From positions 1,056,001 to 1,120,000 of the forward strand of contig MU053216.1 in NCBI GenBank assembly GCA_013239625.1: DNA of 64,000 nucleotides, in the 5' to 3' direction. This DNA is from Lama guanicoe (Eukaryota). Both the position numbers and the translations under genes were made by a program. Each line of letters begins with the position of its first letter. Position 1 is the first letter of the stretch. Below, in pieces: positions 61,231 through 64,000 of the stretch. The notes below the pieces were generated by a model. It saw nothing but the letters and a program-made list of their open reading frames with translations. It had not been told where the DNA came from and did no database searches.

Positions 61231-64000
61231 GCATGCTCAAGCAGTCACTTGAGTATGTCCCTAGTGCCTAAATGGCTGCACACCCTGCCAGTCCCCTTGG
61301 ACAGAACTGAAGAAAGGTGGGGTCTACTCTCACAGGGCTTACCCTCGAAGGGGGCAGACCAAGAGGAAGTGTGGTCAGAGAGGATCAGAAAGGGGCACTC
61401 AAGCTGTCCAGCTCAGCAGTGGGGCAGGTGTCCCAGGCAGAGGAAACAGAGAGTGTTAAGGCCATGTCCTCGGAAGCGACAGACCAGTGCGGCCTTAGTC
61501 TAAGGAGGGGAGGTGTGCACAGGTGGACACAGGCAGGCAGGACACGCTGTCCTGCACGACCTTCTGGGGTGGGGGAATGTTCCGTCTCTGTGCTGGCTGT
61601 TGAAATCAGTTAAAACTAAATGAAATAGAAAATTCGTTTCCTCAGACACACCAGCCACATTTCAAACGCTTCAGTGCACTCAATACAGTGGCCCCCAGTA
61701 CAGGATCCTGCCGGACTTCCTAGACCTCCGTCTGGGGTTTGAATTTTATTCTAAGAGGGTTGCGAAGCCACTGAAAGGCCTTAGACAAGGGGGACAGGAC
61801 ATTCCCGCCCCCTGCTGCCTACCATCTGTCAACTTGTCGATCCTATTTATCCCCGTCGAGAAAGTCCCAAATGGAGTTTGATGCCCCAGGACCCTTTGTG
61901 GCTGGGGCCCACCTGTGTCCCAGCTGGTGTCCCACGTCCGGATTAGGCAGAGGGAAGAGCTGGGTGCTGTTCATCTCTCTCCCACCGTCCACATCACTGG
62001 CACACGCTGGGTGCTTTTGCTGTTGAGCTGAGTCCACCGTCTTGCTCCAGAGCCAGGCCTCACCCTAGCCCTTCCTCGGGGCCCAGCGCATCCTGGGCAA
62101 GACTTTGCCTTCCTAAAGGCGGGTTTCTCTCCTGGCCTTTGTCCTCATCGCCTGCTGGAGGGGTGCCCCAGGGATGCACGCAGAGTCCCTGCCCATCTCT
62201 CTGGGCTCTTGGGAGTACTTCCCAGGGGATCCGCATCAGGAAGGCAGAATTCCCCGCCTGCCCTGGCTCCGTCACCCTGGGGCAGTCAGTCTGGAAAGGC
62301 ATCTTCCCAGGATCTGAATGAATGAACTCTGTGGTGACCCCTGCAGAGCCCTGGACACTGGCTGCCCTCAGGGAACCAGGGTAGCAACGGACAGACTGTG
62401 GACCTGACTTCCGGTGCGACCTCAGGCCCCCCGAGGTGTGGGTGCCTGTAGCAGGACAGAGAGGCTCCCGGCCACCAGTGGGGTCATGGAAAACAGAGGG
62501 GCTGGGGGCAACGAAGGCCACACCCCAAGCCCTTCACAAGAGCCCTGATTGGAAGACGGGTGCACGTGACCAGGGCCCCCACCCTGAGGCTGGATAGAGG
62601 GGGTCCTGTGCCCAGTCCTACCACCCCTGCTCTGCTCAGATGGGCGGGCGAGGGGGAGAGCAGGCAGTGGGAAGAGAGGGAGCCGAAGGGTGGGTGTGAG
62701 GCTTGAGGGGCAGGGCTCGGCATGTGCTGGGGCTCCTGGCGCCCCAGAACTCGCTGGGAGCGGCCCTGCTGGCCTCCCCGGGTGGGGTGGGCGGGGCGGG
62801 TGGGGCAGCGGCCCCGGAGCGAGAGCTAGCATAGCCGGCCGCCCCGGCCCCAAGCTGCCGTCAGCACTAGATTTGCTTGGGCCCTGCCCCTCTGCCAACC
62901 CCAAATTCCAGTTCTGTCCTCCCGATGACGCTGGCAAAACCAAGACCTGCCTTTCCATCCACCTTCCCCCTGGCCAGCAGTGCTGTGTTGCAAACCCGTG
63001 GGTAATAGGACTTGGCTCCAGGCCCAGCCCCAGCCTCAGGATCTGGGGGCACGGCTCCTCGTAGGACCAAAGCCGGAGCACAGACTCCGGGCCCTGCTAG
63101 GAGGCAGCGGGGAAGCAAGGACAGGGGCCACTGTGGGGCCACTGCTGAGCCACCGAACCTCTCTGTGCTCCCTCATTTGTAACACGAGGTTAGTCACCTA
63201 CCACTGACCTCACAGGCTTCTTGTGGCCAGAAATACATATAAAATGCTTATCAGATGTCTAGCACAGAGCTCGGTACACTGGAGGAGCTTAATAATAAAC
63301 AGAACTTGCTTCCTCCAGCAGCACCTTCTAGCCTCCTGTCCACCTGCCTCTCCAGACCCTCCCCTTCACCCCGTCAGCCAGGACCCGGCTCCCAGCTGTT
63401 GCTTCTCCTCTTCAGCCTCCGAGCCCCCAAGCTTTCCCCTCCCCTGGTCCTTCCCTCCCAGGCCGGCTCCGCATCAACACACACCAGCACCACATGCATA
63501 CTCGTGGCTCCATCATCATTGACCCTGGAAACCTCAAAACAGCACGGGGGGGGCATCTCAGAGACCGTCTGGTCAACCCCTTGGTTCATCAGAAGAGGCA
63601 CCTGAGAGCAGAGAGGCGCTGTCCTCACTGTGGGGCCTCGGTCTCCTCTCCCTTTGCAGGAGGGGCCGGGTGACCAGCCTGAGGTTTAAGGGGAAGCCCC
63701 GAGGCGGGAGGGGAGTCTGCGAGCAGTTCCTGTGCTGGGAGAATCTCAGAAGGCCGTGGGACTGAGAGCTGGCAGCTCAGGGTGCCAGCCTGGGGGCCGA
63801 GTGGCCGTGGGCTCCATCCGTCTCAGTCACCTGCCCAGGCCGGGCCCCAGCCTGGCGCAGCCTCCCAGCCTCTGTGGTGATTCGATGAGTCACCCACCCG
63901 TGCCCGCAGACGAGGCAGCCGCACCCAGGGCCGCTGGCACCTGGATGGACGGCGTTTCTGCTCTGAGCTGCTGGGCCGGCAGCCTGCCAGGCCGCAGAGG

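Noticed and set aside
1..64000. Hundreds of 60-366 aa ORFs in the six-frame track
   Set aside because: Pro/Gly/Arg/Ala-rich, no recognisable domains, many with non-ATG starts; expected from stop-codon scarcity in GC-rich DNA.

Overview
GC-rich mammalian genomic DNA, probably camelid judging by the SINE family. The window holds the complete plakophilin-1 gene (PKP1) on the minus strand. Its ATG is at 57236, and 13 coding exons, all with GT-AG introns, join into a 2184-nt, 727-aa PKP1a-type ORF. The stop is at 20297-20299, followed by a 3'UTR intron and a ~2.7-kb terminal exon ending near an AATAAA at 16408-16413. Downstream, on the plus strand, a full-length processed PPIA (cyclophilin A) retrocopy with an intact 164-codon ORF is inserted, with an 11-bp TSD, inside an antisense L1 fragment. 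The rest is intronic or intergenic sequence with SINE/LINE/DNA-transposon remnants, simple repeats and one 283-N gap. Most ORFs in the supplied track are GC-rich noise. I do not see a wholly new biological system. The best leads are: (i) a candidate 57-nt in-frame cassette exon at the PKP1b exon position that would encode a frame-shifted peptide, followed by a 226-nt AG-exclusion zone; (ii) a near-perfect 122-bp tandem duplication of the PKP1 core promoter; (iii) a triplicated 5' splice site after exon 12; (iv) the intact CypA retrocopy with a TSD-derived upstream ATG; (v) a short uORF; and (vi) a 20/21-bp minisatellite of steroid-response-like motifs. Comparisons with human or bovine sequences are from memory and need checking by alignment.
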